This document shows, piece by piece, positions 44,621-57,475 of a stretch of DNA of 64,000 bases; position 1 is the stretch's first letter, and each line of letters starts with the position of its first letter. The notes beneath the pieces were generated by a model. It did no database searches. It had not been told where the DNA came from and saw nothing but the letters and a program-made list of their open reading frames with translations. The stretch is from Eledone cirrhosa (Eukaryota). The stretch is from the NCBI GenBank assembly GCA_964016885.1, contig OZ024745.1, positions 61,814,001 through 61,878,000 of the forward strand. Direction: 5' to 3'. The translations under genes were made by a program, and so were the position numbers.

Positions 44621-44628
<8 letters not shown>
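43326..44628. mobile_element. large near-perfect fold-back element (arms about 570 bp, left extension about 160 nt) with CCGAAGA HHR motifs
   Basis: 43485-44053 is the reverse complement of 44067-44628; mirrored ORF pairs in the track confirm the symmetry. Confidence 0.9.
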
Positions 44629-44652
<24 letters not shown>

Positions 44653-44654
44653 TA

Positions 44655-45028
44655 GGAGATCAGATGCTTCAGAAAGCTCTTTGGCATCACGTACAGAGAG
44701 AGGATCTCAAATGAGGAGGTGCGAAACAGAATTTGAGAAACCATCGGGTCATATGTAGATCTGCTGACCATTGTAAAAAAAATGCAAATTGGGATGATAC
44801 GGTGATACGGGCACGGGTTAAGATCTTCAAGGATTGCCAAGACTGCCCCGGAGGGAACAGTAGAAGGAGGGAGAAAGAGATGGGAGGACAACATCCCGGA
44901 ATGGACATGCATGAAGCTGGTTGCAACCATGAAGAGAGAGGGGAGGCGAGAGGAACGGAAGGAGCTGGTTATCAGGTCATCTGTGGTGCCCCAACGGTCC
45001 CCCAGGCTAAAAGACAGCTCAGAGATGA
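44655..45028 (+). mobile_element. RTE-clade LINE 3' fragment
   Basis: EIRCFRKLFGITYRERISNEEVRNRI*ETIGSYVDLLTIVKK..AKT..EGTVEGGRKRWEDNIPEWT. Confidence 0.85.
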
Positions 45029-45055
45029 TACACACACACTCACACACACACACAC

Positions 45056-45104
<49 letters not shown>

Positions 45105-45141
45105 GAAAGATTTGAATGGATACAGTTTAGTTGAAAGGAAT

Positions 45142-45258
45142 TTATTGACACGTGTTTCTATAACAGTTACATAACCTAAAACAGCTATCTACAAACTTTT
45201 AGTTATGCAGACATTCAATATTTCAATGTTATTATTTACTGTCATTTCATCAGAATAA
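45142..45258 (-). ncRNA. hammerhead ribozyme in the downstream pLTR (88-nt branched helix II)
   Basis: Minus strand: TTATT-CTGATGA-aATGACAGT..ACTGTTATa-GAAACACGTGT-C-AATAA; GUC triplet. Confidence 0.8.
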
Positions 45259-45822
45259 TATTACTGAGGACCTATTTAGTTTTTATAGAGAATATTAGGA
45301 GGGAGGGGTGAAGTTGTTAGAAGAATAGTTGAAGGAGTGGTTTTTCGATAGCAGTGAGAATTCTTGGTGGCAGTGAGTAATTAGATTCCCATCTGTTGTT
45401 TTGACATTTTTTATAGAATATATTATTGGTTATTTTTCTAAATCTATAGAAGGATTAGAGATAGTAAAGATATGCGTGGTTGGTTTTGTGTTTGCACTTA
45501 ATTAACATTCAGACTTAAATTTTTCTTTCAAGTGTACGTATCCTTTCACCCACGCATTCACACACAAATATATTTGCACACCTCTACAAAATACATATAC
45601 TCACAATTCATATATTCATACTTACATATATATACACATGCATACACATATATATACACACATGTATTCATGTACATACATACGCGCTCATGTGTATACA
45701 TTTTCATACTCAACTTATCTTTATATACACACGTATAGACACACTCATATATACATACATACTCTAGTCCATGTGTACACACAAACACATACTTACACAT
45801 CCATATACACATATATACATAC

Positions 45823-45887
<65 letters not shown>

Positions 45888-46208
45888 CATATATACATAC
45901 ACATACATATACACACACATACATACACATATATATATAAGCACTTTAATACATGAATACACTTACATCTAACTATACACATCAAACATATATATATATT
46001 TACTTATTTATATACATTTTCATATATATATACATACTTATGGACGTTTTTAGACACATTCATTATCGCATATTTGTACCTATTCTCATCAGCATATCTT
46101 TTCATTATTAGTATGGTAATTTAAGGTTATTAATATATGTTGAGAAGAGATTGTTTTTATATTTTTCTAACTAGATTAAGGTTTATATAGTTGGGGGATG
46201 TCCCTCTT

Positions 46209-48530
46209 TTATGTAATATTCGGCTTGTAGTGGGAAAAAAGGGTTTTAGTTCTGTGACGGCAGAATAATGTTCGTTCAATTCTGTTATTCAGCAGTTTCT
46301 TCTTGTGTGTGATTATGTAATAAATCTCAAGATTACATAATTTGCAGAAATTTTGGCTCCTGGAAAAGCTTTGGGTTTTAGCTAATTTTTCCCATTTTAG
46401 GGTAAACTTTTGGTCGCTATCCCTGAGCGTCCAAGCTTTTTCTGCTAAAGTTGTTACATTTCTTTGGCTCTGGTGTTTTATTGAGTAAGAATGCCTATAC
46501 AATCGAGATTTAAACGATGTTGCCGTTGATCCCACGTAATACCACTCGTTGCCTCCGGATTTAATGGTACACTTATAAATAATATTTTTTTCCAGGCAGT
46601 TATTGCCGAGGGGGCAGTTGTCAGGATAGGTGCAGTTACAGTTGTGTACGTTGGGTTTTCTCTGGAGTAGTATTGCGGACGAACTTAGGTGTGGTTTATT
46701 TATGTTCTGTAGTGTATTGTCTACTGTTTTTTTTGTGTTCTTTGTACTTAAGTTCTTAGTGTTTTCGTTTAACCTTCTAGTATTGATCTTTTTTATGTGT
46801 TGTTCAAGGTTTAACGCTGTAGAGTATGACAGTCTTATAGTGGTAGGGTTTAGGATTTTGTGGTATTTGTGTGATGTGGGAAAATGTCTTTTAATTATTT
46901 TAAAGAAGAGTACTGGTAAATTTGTACTAATGGAGCTATTGTATTCGGGGTTATACCATAAGTACTCTTTGCATCGCTTTCTATTAGTTTTGTTTGTTGG
47001 TTTACTGGTGTGCATACTATGGTAGTAAGTGTGGTTTGGTGTTGTGTTATTATATCTACCTATGTGGGATTTATTTTGGGTGTTTTGATTGTTCCCATCT
47101 ATGTACTCTATTTTGTTGAGGTAGCCTGCTTTACTAAGGGCGTTATCGTAGTACTCGGCGTGTTCCTTAAATACTTGTATGTTAGAATATAGACTCGAGA
47201 TTCTAAGGGAAATATTTTTAGGGATAGATTTAATTATAGAGATGGGGTGGTTAGACCCAACATTTACGTATTTGAGATTTTCATTCAATTTATGAAACGG
47301 TTTAATCAAACCAGAGTTTAAATTGAGTGTGACATCCAGGAAGTTAACTACTTTAAGGTTGTATTCATATGTTATAGTTAGTCCTATTTCGAGTAGTAGT
47401 TTTCTTATATCTTTGCGTAGTTTTTCTAGTTTTTGGTTATTAAGGTTTTTAGCTAGGAGGAGAACATCGTCGCGGTATATTCCGCCGTGGAGATTGCTGA
47501 ATTTTTCCTGGAGTCTAAAGGCGATAAATAACCCCACAATATCAGTTATTTCCGCCGAATCGTTAGAGCCCATTGTTATGTCAAAGTTAGAGGGTCTATC
47601 TTTACGTACCCAATAACTGTTCTCAAATTTGACTATAGTTTTCCTAGCTTCTAATATAATCTTAATTTCATCGTTTGTAAGGTCAGAGTTATCCTTAGCA
47701 AACTTAATGGCTCTATTCAAAGTTTCAGGTGATATCGATGAGTAATATTCATCGATATCAAACTGGATAAACTTAGATTTATTCTTATTGCTAATGCTAT
47801 TAAACCATCTTATTGCTTCTTGGGTCTTCCCCCAGAGTTTAATGTTAACCTTAGCCTTAATTTGGGGGATGATTCTATCTAAGATATATTTGCTTATTTT
47901 ACCTATATCTGATTTAGAGGGGCAGATTAATCTAATTTTAGGGTCATTATCAAAGTTTACCTTGTGGTCCTTAAGATTGAAGGTGGGTACCGCCGGTAAG
48001 AGTGGTCCTGTCCTATCTTCGATTCCGAGATTTTTCACTATTTCGCATGCCTCATCATTGATGTGCTTAAGGGTTACTTCACTCGTTTTTCTATATTTTT
48101 TATGTAATTCTTTTCGAATGAAGTTGTTGTATGTAGTGCAATCCATAGTGTACAGGTTTGATGTTTTGTCCGCTTTTACTACAATTCCTTTGGTGTTTTT
48201 AAGGTCGTCCAGTAGTTTTTTTATATCTTTCTGTAATTTGCTGTTGGTGTTGCGTCCTTTGAATTTAATTTTAAGGATTAAGTTCATAAGGTCCTGCTCA
48301 AATGCATCTAATAGTGGGTTGGTGGGTGGGTTTTTACAAGTCCTAAAACCGAATTTGTTGTTTACACCACTTTCTAATGTTGAGTTCATACGGCTTCTAT
48401 CATAGTGGAGCGTTTTCCACCTGACACGTCGAATGAATTCATTAGTTTTTTGAATCATGCTCAATAAATATTCCTTTCTACCTTGGGTTGGTATGTTTTT
48501 GAGTGACATATCCAGGTAGTGTTTTTCCAT
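46209..48530 (-). CDS. PLE reverse transcriptase plus C-terminal GIY-YIG endonuclease, 773 aa (motifs suggest the Hydra clade)
   Basis: RT motifs KADKT, KIRLI, QFDIDEYYSSI, TMGS, YRDD, NFLDVTL, SNHP; linker CNC..CPL..CL; endonuclease IIYKC..YYVGST..FKSRLYRH..CKLCNLE..LLNNR..CRH; no stops. Confidence 0.95.
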   Translation of the reverse strand: MEKHYLDMSLKNIPTQGRKEYLLSMIQKTNEFIRRVRWKTLHYDRSRMNSTLESGVNNKFGFRTCKNPPTNPLLDAFEQDLMNLILKIKFKGRNTNSKLQKDIKKLLDDLKNTKGIVVKADKTSNLYTMDCTTYNNFIRKELHKKYRKTSEVTLKHINDEACEIVKNLGIEDRTGPLLPAVPTFNLKDHKVNFDNDPKIRLICPSKSDIGKISKYILDRIIPQIKAKVNIKLWGKTQEAIRWFNSISNKNKSKFIQFDIDEYYSSISPETLNRAIKFAKDNSDLTNDEIKIILEARKTIVKFENSYWVRKDRPSNFDITMGSNDSAEITDIVGLFIAFRLQEKFSNLHGGIYRDDVLLLAKNLNNQKLEKLRKDIRKLLLEIGLTITYEYNLKVVNFLDVTLNLNSGLIKPFHKLNENLKYVNVGSNHPISIIKSIPKNISLRISSLYSNIQVFKEHAEYYDNALSKAGYLNKIEYIDGNNQNTQNKSHIGRYNNTTPNHTYYHSMHTSKPTNKTNRKRCKEYLWYNPEYNSSISTNLPVLFFKIIKRHFPTSHKYHKILNPTTIRLSYSTALNLEQHIKKINTRRLNENTKNLSTKNTKKTVDNTLQNINKPHLSSSAILLQRKPNVHNCNCTYPDNCPLGNNCLEKNIIYKCTIKSGGNEWYYVGSTATSFKSRLYRHSYSIKHQSQRNVTTLAEKAWTLRDSDQKFTLKWEKLAKTQSFSRSQNFCKLCNLEIYYIITHKKKLLNNRIERTLFCRHRTKTLFSHYKPNIT

Positions 48531-48734
48531 TGTTGTGGTTGCGTTTGCTGTGTGGGTTGCTCGACTTTACAGGAGGTAAATATACAGTATTTTCCGTTGT
48601 GTTGTAATATAAATATTACACACAGTAGATTATCAGCTCACGTAGAGTTTGCTCGACGGTTCCAGTTGTAGTTCCAAAAGTAATCCGGAGAAAAATAGAA
48701 AGATTTGAATGGATACAGTTTAGTTGAAAGGAAT

Positions 48735-48851
48735 TTATTGACACGTGTTTCTATAACAGTTACATAACCTAAAACAGCTATCTACAAACTTTTAGTTATG
48801 CAGACATTCAATATTTCAATGTTATTATTTACTGTCATTTCATCAGAATAA
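48735..48851 (-). ncRNA. hammerhead ribozyme in the upstream pLTR (identical copy)
   Basis: Same sequence as 45142-45258 at an offset of 3593 nt. Confidence 0.8.
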
Positions 48852-49415
48852 TATTACTGAGGACCTATTTAGTTTTTATAGAGAATATTAGGAGGGAGGG
48901 GTGAAGTTGTTAGAAGAATAGTTGAAGGAGTGGTTTTTCGATAGCAGTGAGAATTCTTGGTGGCAGTGAGTAATTAGATTCCCATCTGTTGTTTTGACAT
49001 TTTTTATAGAATATATTATTGGTTATTTTTCTAAATCTATAGAAGGATTAGAGATAGTAAAGATATGCGTGGTTGGTTTTGTGTTTGCACTTAATTAACA
49101 TTCAGACTTAAATTTTTCTTTCAAGTGTACGTATCCTTTCACCCACGCATTCACACACAAATATATTTGCACACCTCTACAAAATACATATACTCACAAT
49201 TCATATATTCATACTTACATATATATACACATGCATACACATATATATACACACATGTATTCATGTACATACATACGCGCTCATGTGTATACATTTTCAT
49301 ACTCAACTTATCTTTATATACACACGTATAGACACACTCATATATACATACATACTCTAGTCCATGTGTACACACATACACATACTTACACATCCATATA
49401 CACATATATACATAC

Positions 49416-49486
<71 letters not shown>

Positions 49487-50293
49487 CATATATACATACA
49501 CATACATATACACACACATACATACACATATATATATAAGCACTTTAATACATGAATACACTTACATCTAACTATACACATCAAACATATATATATATTT
49601 ACTTATTTATATACATTTTCACATATATATACATACTTATGGACGTTTTTAGACACATTCATTATCGCATATTTGTACCTATTCTCATCAGCATATCTTT
49701 TCATTATTAGTATGGTAATTTAAGGTTATTAATATATGTTGAGAAGAGATTGTTTTTATATTTTTCTAACTAGATTAAGGTTTATATAGTTGGGGGATGT
49801 CCCTCTTTTATGTAATATTCGGCTTGTAGTGGGAAAAAAGGGTTTTAGTTCTGTGACGGCAGAATAATGTTCGTTCAATTCTGTTATTCAGCAGTTTCTT
49901 CTTGTGTGTGATTATGTAATAAATCTCAAGATTACATAATTTGCAGAAATTTTGGCTCCTGGAAAAGCTTTGGGTTTTAGCTAATTTTTCCCATTTTAGG
50001 GTAAACTTTTGGTCGCTATCCCTGAGCGTCCAAGCTTTTTCTGCTAAAGTTGTTACATTTCTTTGGCTCTGGTGTTTTATTGAGTAAGAATGCCTATACA
50101 ATCGAGATTTAAACGATGTTGCCGTTGATCCCACGTAATACCACTCGTTGCCTCCGGATTTAATGGTACACTTATAAATAATATTTTTTTCCAGGCAGTT
50201 ATTGCCGAGGGGGCAGTTGTCAGGATAGGTGCAGTTACAGTTGTGTACGTTGGGTTTTCTCTGGAGTAGTATTGCGGACGAACTTAGGTGTGG

Positions 50294-50354
<61 letters not shown>

Positions 50355-50529
50355 AAAGAGAGAAATAAATAGATCGATAGCGAGCAAGAGAGCAACAGAT
50401 AGAAGCGAGAAAGAGTTATGTGGGAGGGAAGTTGACCTCAGCGTGATTTGAATTCAATGAGCAGGGAACGAATACCGTAAAGCATTCTATCCGACGTTCT
50501 GACGACCGTGTCCCACTGATTTCCAGTCT

Positions 50530-51345
50530 CAACGCATGGCTTTTCGTATCATCCAGCGTGGATATCCTCGCACCTTGATTCTCGCTACCCTTACCTGCGC
50601 CCGTGAAAATGACCGCACAACATGCCTCTCAACACACCACGGCCGCCAATACACGCCCTCCTTTCCCCTCACAACCACCCCTCTACTCAAATCCTGCGGC
50701 GCCGTATTTTGTGTATGTGTCGAACCCTCGTTTTTGACCCCGACACCGCACTTTATTTCCTCACTCACCGACCTTAAGCGCCATTGCTATCTCCATGAGA
50801 TTCTTGTTTATTGTTCCTTCTCATTCAATCCTAGGACTCCACTTGACTCCCGTCCCTGCACTCGTCCCCGTTTAATACCTATCCCTACACAACAAACATC
50901 ACTATCTTCATAGGTCCACGCATTCCTTACTCTGCTCCTGTATCAACGTACCTTGTCTATCCTCTTCAGCGTACCTTTTGCAAGCCCATATATATCATCA
51001 AACATGACTCCTTCTGGCGAATCGATACACAGAACACCCAAAGATCATACGACCTGAAAAAGTTACACATGTCTCCCGTCAATTCTGTTTCCGCAACAAC
51101 TGTACACCACGTCTCTCTGTACGCAACACCTCTCTGTCTCAGGCATCATTTTACATCACGGATGCCTAGCTACTCACACCAAAACCGAACAGAAATTAAT
51201 TTACCCTCTTGGAACTACTTTCCCAAATGAACTTAATCCCCCCCCCCCCACCACCGGTTTCTATATATTCCCATTATCGTTTTTCTCACACACAAATACA
51301 CGCGACACTTACTGGGACCTCGTCATTCAGCTTCTGAAGATAACT
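50530..51345 (+). mobile_element. old Neptune-like PLE remnant (RT C-terminus plus GIY-YIG)
   Basis: IIQRGYPRTLI..ARENDR; STYLVY..CKPIYI..LANRYTEH..HVSRQF; EQKLIYPLGTTFPNELN; many frameshifts. Confidence 0.7.
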
Positions 51346-52394
51346 ATTCTTTTTTACTTATGTAATCTTCGTAATATTCTTTACACTTAATAGTGTATAT
51401 TAAATTTTTGATGAACAGTTGAAGAGTGACGTTATTCACAATAAAAAAAATGTCCTGATTAAAATTCCTTTTATGTGTCTTCAATGAGGTAGATTCTGTT
51501 CTGAACACAACCAACTTTTTCCATTGAAGAAGGATACAGATAGAAAGATAAAGTAAAAAGAAATATCGACACGAGCATTGGAATAGAACTTTATTTATCG
51601 CCGTTGAAAATCAGAAAAAGAAAAGAAAACTAAACGAGGTGAAGTTACAGGTTCTGCAATTAAATAAAGACCTAAATGCAAATAGAAATTAACAGAAAAC
51701 AATACACTCTAGAAAACTCACATGGAAAACCAAATCAAGAGTTCAGATAATAAAACCTGAACAAAGTAAACCCAAATAACTCGTAGTAGTAATATTACTT
51801 ATTACAATCAAAGCAATCCGAACCTAAATATTTAAGTAACATTAAATCAGGAGTTAACGCCAGTCAATATATAATCAATATATAAATACCAGCCAACGTC
51901 ATCCATTATAGGATGTATCAATGTATCATACACACCATTATATTGACACAATATTACTATACACACACACACGCGCAAACAGATACAAAGACCCATAGAA
52001 GCGCGGACACACACACAAACACATTAACTCACATACGTGCAAAGAAACACGTACGCACACGCACACACACTCACACGCTTAAAAACATATGCAAAGAACA
52101 GATAAACAAAATACAAGATTAAATAAAATAACTAAGTAAATTATTCTAAAAATATTAGAAAATATGCTGTCCTGATAATGGATGGTGATAATACGTATAA
52201 TATAATGAAACCAAAGAAATGTTAAAACAGTATATATTACATTACATCTTGTTATATTGTATTATCTAAAATGTGTTATCATTACTTATTAACATAAAGT
52301 TACCCAGCAAATTGGCAGAGTTGTTAGAGAGTCGGATTAAATGACTTGTTATAAATACTACTACCACTATGACTAATAATATTGGTTTCAGATT

Positions 52395-52605
52395 TATGGT
52401 TTCGGATTTAGGCACAAGGCCAACAATTGTTTGGGAAGGGAAAGTCGATTAAATCGACCCCGATGCATTACTGGCACTTTATTTTATCAACCTCGTAAGG
52501 ATAAAAGCTAACCTCAGCGGGATTTGTACTCAGAACATAAAGGGCCATAACTATATGCCGCGAAGTATGGTGTCTGACGCTCTAACGATATTGCCAATCC
52601 ATCAT
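52395..52605 (-). mobile_element. SINE family A, diverged copy
   Basis: GGCACAAGGCC..TTATTTTATC..GGATTTG.ACTCAGAAC..TGCCAATCC. Confidence 0.75.
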
Positions 52606-52609
52606 CCCA

Positions 52610-52649
<40 letters not shown>

Positions 52650-52915
52650 TAACAACAACAACAATAATAATTGAGAAATTGCTTTCAGAATTCGACCTCA
52701 TATCATAGTTACAGACCTCTACACAGACCTCTAAACTATTCTACATAGATTTGATTGATAGGTATGTTCGAATATTTTCCAATTTATACAACAATTATAT
52801 GTGTGACTGCGTTGGACGTATGACTCAAAATATTAATTCTTTCAAAAGAAGAAGTGACTTCGTGACAATCCTCAAAGAACTTATAATTCTAGTTGCTTGG
52901 GGCATGTCGCATGTC

Positions 52916-53075
52916 GTTACGGAAGTGGCAATGTAACAGTGAAAACATGTCACATTTAGTAACGGAAGTGGCAATGTAACAGTAGAATATAGCGCATTTA
53001 GTAACGGAAGCAGCAATACATCATTAAAACATGGCGCATTTAATAAGGGAAGTAGCAATGTAATAATAAAAATAT
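52916..53075. repeat. minisatellite of about 42 bp, 4 diverged copies
   Basis: ACGGAAGTGGCAATGTAACAGT-like unit starting near 52918, 52961, 53003 and 53045. Confidence 0.8.
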
Positions 53076-53230
53076 TAGATTAATAACACACTTTTCCCTA
53101 GAGCATTCCATATAAATAGATATCCAAATATACACACAGCAAATATATAGATATTCAAATATTTACACATAGAGACAATGTTGATACTTTACCAATTACA
53201 AATATAATTACAAAATTATAATTATAAAAG

Positions 53231-53313
<83 letters not shown>

Positions 53314-53482
53314 CCGTGTGTGGGTATGTATGTACACACAGACATACAAACACACACGCTCACACATATATGTGTATGTATAACTGGCAGACATATGAGT
53401 TACTCTTTCCCTGTATAATACCAAATATATTATCACATTGTTACCTTCCTTATATCTGATTAGATCTCATATATAAAATAAC

Positions 53483-53670
53483 TGTTTCTACTTTAGGCAC
53501 AAGGCCAGCAATTAACCAGTGCATTACTGGTACTTTATTTTATCGACCCCGTAAGGATGAAAGGCAAAGTCAACCTCGGCGGGATTTGAACTGATCATAA
53601 AGGGACGTAACTATGCTGGAAAGCATGGTGTCCGACCCTCTACTGATACTGCCAATCCACCGCCCTTTCT
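53483..53670 (-). mobile_element. SINE family A with TSD of about 18 bp
   Basis: TCTCATATAT(A/G)AAATAAC at 53465-53482 and 53668-53685. Confidence 0.9.
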
Positions 53671-53853
53671 CATATATGAAATAACGTTCAACTATCTTCG
53701 CTGTGCCACACGATAAATATATTAGGCGATATAGAATGTCTATGTCCTATATTGGTTGAAGTTTGAAACCTTAGGTAGCATGCATTTGTTAGATCTTATT
53801 TATATATTACATTTTGGCTATGCACATTACATAGAGTCCCTTATTTCCTTTAC

Positions 53854-53906
<53 letters not shown>

Positions 53907-53924
53907 GATATATATAAATAAATA

Positions 53925-54153
53925 CACTCGGGTGTGTATGATTGTGTATAGGAGATTATATTAATAAAAGGAATTCCAACTTTTTCTGATTTACTCGTTT
54001 TATTTACAATCCTTTAAAATTATAATGATATTATAATGAAATAGTATGGTAGAATATTAAATGTTAAGTGTTAATTGAACAAGTATTTTCATGCTTTAGC
54101 TATCTTCAGGTTCATATTCTGTGGTGACAGTCAAGTTTGCAATTTTCAACTGT
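53925..54153 (-). mobile_element. solo pLTR copy of the Neptune-like family (22927-23160)
   Basis: Reverse complement match including a mutated HHR. Confidence 0.85.
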
Positions 54154-55979
54154 TGATTTGCATGTTAGCAGACTGGCTGATCAGTCAGATCTGCATATTA
54201 GCATGCCAACACAAGAGCAAGAATGAAGTGTTCATTCTACTTACATGGCTATAAAATTGAGGCTTGTTTGCATAATTGCAAACGAATCGAATATTATTAT
54301 TATCATTGGAATCTTTGAGCTTATTCTGCAGTGGATATGGCGCATGCCTCTCTGATATGACACCTTTAAATTAATTTTGGATATATATATGTGTGTATGT
54401 ATTTTAAAGCTAATATCACTTTTATGTGATGTTATACGACTGAGAATACAAGATTCTCCCGAAAGAGAATGCTATTCCAGTATTGCAAGATCAACTTCCA
54501 TCTGTTTCGGTAGTCATTTTCTGGAATAGCGTGACATGAAATGCTTTGATGAATAACACAACGAATATCTTAACCAGTTTCTTTAACATACAACCTCTAG
54601 TGCTTCTCCACATACACGCCCACGACACACATACACACACATACACACAACACAATTATACACATATATGTATGAGAGTGTCTGCACTTGTGAGTTGAGA
54701 GTGACTGTACTTGTGTTTATATTTGACGAGCAGCAGTGATAGTGGTTAATTAAAATGTTACACCTATACATTTTATTTTATATATTTAACGGATATGATT
54801 AGTTTCCTTCAATAAACTCTGTATTAAAATTATGAAAAACATAATTTCCCAAGGATCATTGCACAAATACTTGAAGACTTCTACCTTGATACACAATCTC
54901 AAAGCTAAAAATGTTCGTCCGAGTCAGTCTGTCTTAGGATTGCTAAATCAAATACAGGATGAAATCGCAGGTACAATAAGGAATGCTGTTTATTATATTT
55001 ACAAAGAATAGAATCGAAATTACGTGGCTGTCGCTGAGAGCTTAATATCATCCAATGGCGCCTTTGATTAAAGTAGAATACAGATGTAGTGTACAATGGT
55101 ACGGAAATATGATTTACAAACACAATGTGTTAATAACCCATACTTATTCATGCATAGATCAACATGTGAAAACTTCTTGAATGTGGCGAACTACATAATG
55201 TGTTATTCTACTCTATGTGTCTCTCACCCTCTTTCTCTTGAAGAAAACAGCTGTTTTTAGAACTGGAAAGGGAATATGCTCTGCCAGATACATAACATGC
55301 CCATGACAAGCTCCATTAGGATTTGCGCGTCCATACATAAAATAGTGTGTAGGATGCTTACACTCACACACACACCTGCGCACCACCCACTCATGTTATC
55401 TCTTTATTTTTTATAATGTTAAAAAATTATTTTTCATGTATTCATCTCTGCATCGGAAGACGCTCGTAAATGTTTTTGATAATTCCTTGCTTTGTTATTA
55501 ACTCTCAGGCATCTTACTAGCAGAGTGGTTCTGCAATTTATAGTACAAAGTGGCTTTACAAGTGCAAAATCACCATAATGTGCGAAATTGCAGGCCAGAA
55601 AATTTGTTCGTCATATGTAATTGTTGTTTGGTGTGCATTTCCTGTTTTTATATATATTTACATATATATATATGTGTGTGTTAGTTTCCAGTATGGAAAC
55701 AGTACATAAAATTAAGAAAGAAATCAATTCTATGAACAGCCTATTGTATAAATAGATATATTTATATTCTTACTGAGTGCCTATACTCTCTCAGTAAAGC
55801 GTCTACTCGCTACCGTGATGAAGCGCAGTGAATGCACAATTTGCTAAACAATCGTGAGTATGCAAGAATAAACATAAATGTATTTGTATTTTATCTGCAT
55901 GTTTGCGGATCTCTGATTTCTGTTTTCTCCAAAAAGATGCGATGAAGTGCATTTTGCATTCAAGTTGTTCTTCGTTTTT

Positions 55980-56170
55980 GTTGTTACTTCTTTCTTGAAT
56001 ATCCCATGGTTTATTGTCTCCTTCAATACAGCCTGAAGCATTGGCTAATTATTCGCAAACACATATTTGTTTAAACAACTATTCTCCATCTGAACACAGT
56101 CCTCCATGCTGATAAGACCTCATCCGATTTCAAATCTCTTTAAGTACAGTCTATAAACATCACCTTTATA
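55980..56170 (-). mobile_element. old R4/Dong-like LINE RT C-terminal remnant
   Basis: KGDVYRLYLKRFEIG*GLISMEDCVQMENSCLNKYV..PMLQAV resembles the RLY.PR..GGRGL..IED motif. Confidence 0.65.
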
Positions 56171-56788
56171 CACTGTGTATAAAATGTGTTTGATTCGGTA
56201 TGTTGCGATACTGAATCAGAAGCTTCCTGTACATTTGGATATAAAAGTACGCAAACTTCATCGTACTTTCATGTGGGATTGTTTAAACAATATTCTTTAT
56301 TAAAGATCTCTTATGTTGAGATAAAGTACATTTCGGCATGATTTATCAGTACGGAAGAAGTATAGCATGGCTGTTCAATCACTGTCTAGTGAAAATGGCA
56401 TTGATATTGAATGAAGTATGCTTGCACATTGATTCACTAATTAGCAGATATTCTGGCACAGTTCATCACAATCTCTATCATCTTCCATCTTACACCTTTC
56501 TGTTATTCTTGTCCGTATTGTTTTGTGAATTAAACATACTCCTCCGGGAATTTTCAAATAAATTCCCAGCGATAGCTTTAGTATTCTTCCAAAGAATTTC
56601 ATTTGATAGAACTACATGAAAGTATTATCGTATTAATTCGTCGAACGTAATCCAGTATGTGATAACCACGTTGTCTGTATTTCATTCTTCTTTCTATGCA
56701 AACCTTCCATCAACAAATGTTCTTTTATACCAACGTTCCAATTAACTAGCTCAAGTCAAATGTTGATCTCGCTGGAGTTTAGAATGGT

Positions 56789-56829
<41 letters not shown>

Positions 56830-56837
56830 GCTGCTCT

Positions 56838-56868
<31 letters not shown>

Positions 56869-57444
56869 ATGTGGATGATGCGGATGATGCTACTTATAAT
56901 AGTAATAATTATTTCAAATAGTAACACTAGATTAGCAATTGTAGGAAGGGTAATTCTATTACATAGAACCTAGTACGTAACTTCGTACTGTCTTCCATCG
57001 ATCCCTGAAAGATGAATGGGAAAGTTGACATTGGTGAGTAACAACGAATACCAACGAATAAGTTTCCTGCCTGAGATCCTAACATCTGTGACTTGTTGCG
57101 GTTAATTCAAGCTCCAATAAACATCTTGTATTCTTACTGTATATGTGAACTTCCTCTACATCTGCAGTGTCCGACACTGGGATATTTATGTTATTTTCAT
57201 ATTCAGACACGGCTCTTCTGCGATCAAATTCCAGCGGAACTCCTCTAAGATTTTCATTCTAGGCACGTGTGAAATGACATTAATGGTGCACATGTAAGTA
57301 CTTACAGAGTAATTCAAGGACTAAGTCGTTTGTTGAACTGAAGAAGTGAACAATCGCATATATTGGTCTTGATAGGAGAATTCATCATCATAAGCATTAT
57401 CGTCGTCATCGTTATCAGAGTCGTCGTCGTCATCATCGTCATCG

Positions 57445-57475
<31 letters not shown>

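Larger units (their letters stand above)
45102..50302 (-). mobile_element. intact young Penelope-like element in partial tandem arrangement (pseudo-LTR direct repeats 45102-46703 and 48695-50302), inserted in (TA)n
   Basis: The 1.6-kb repeats differ by about 2 substitutions plus a microsatellite length change; single full ORF; HHR in each repeat. Confidence 0.95.

Noticed and set aside
46630-48405. Plus-strand ORFs of 131, 60, 97 and 205 aa
   Set aside because: Antisense shadows of the PLE RT ORF; no recognisable motifs.
49808-50395. 195-aa ORF as a separate endonuclease gene
   Set aside because: It is the duplicated PLE C-terminus in the upstream pseudo-LTR, fused by chance to the (TA)n flank.
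52916-53075. CRISPR-like repeat-spacer array
   Set aside because: Eukaryotic context, no cas genes, and the inter-repeat parts are homologous; it is a minisatellite.
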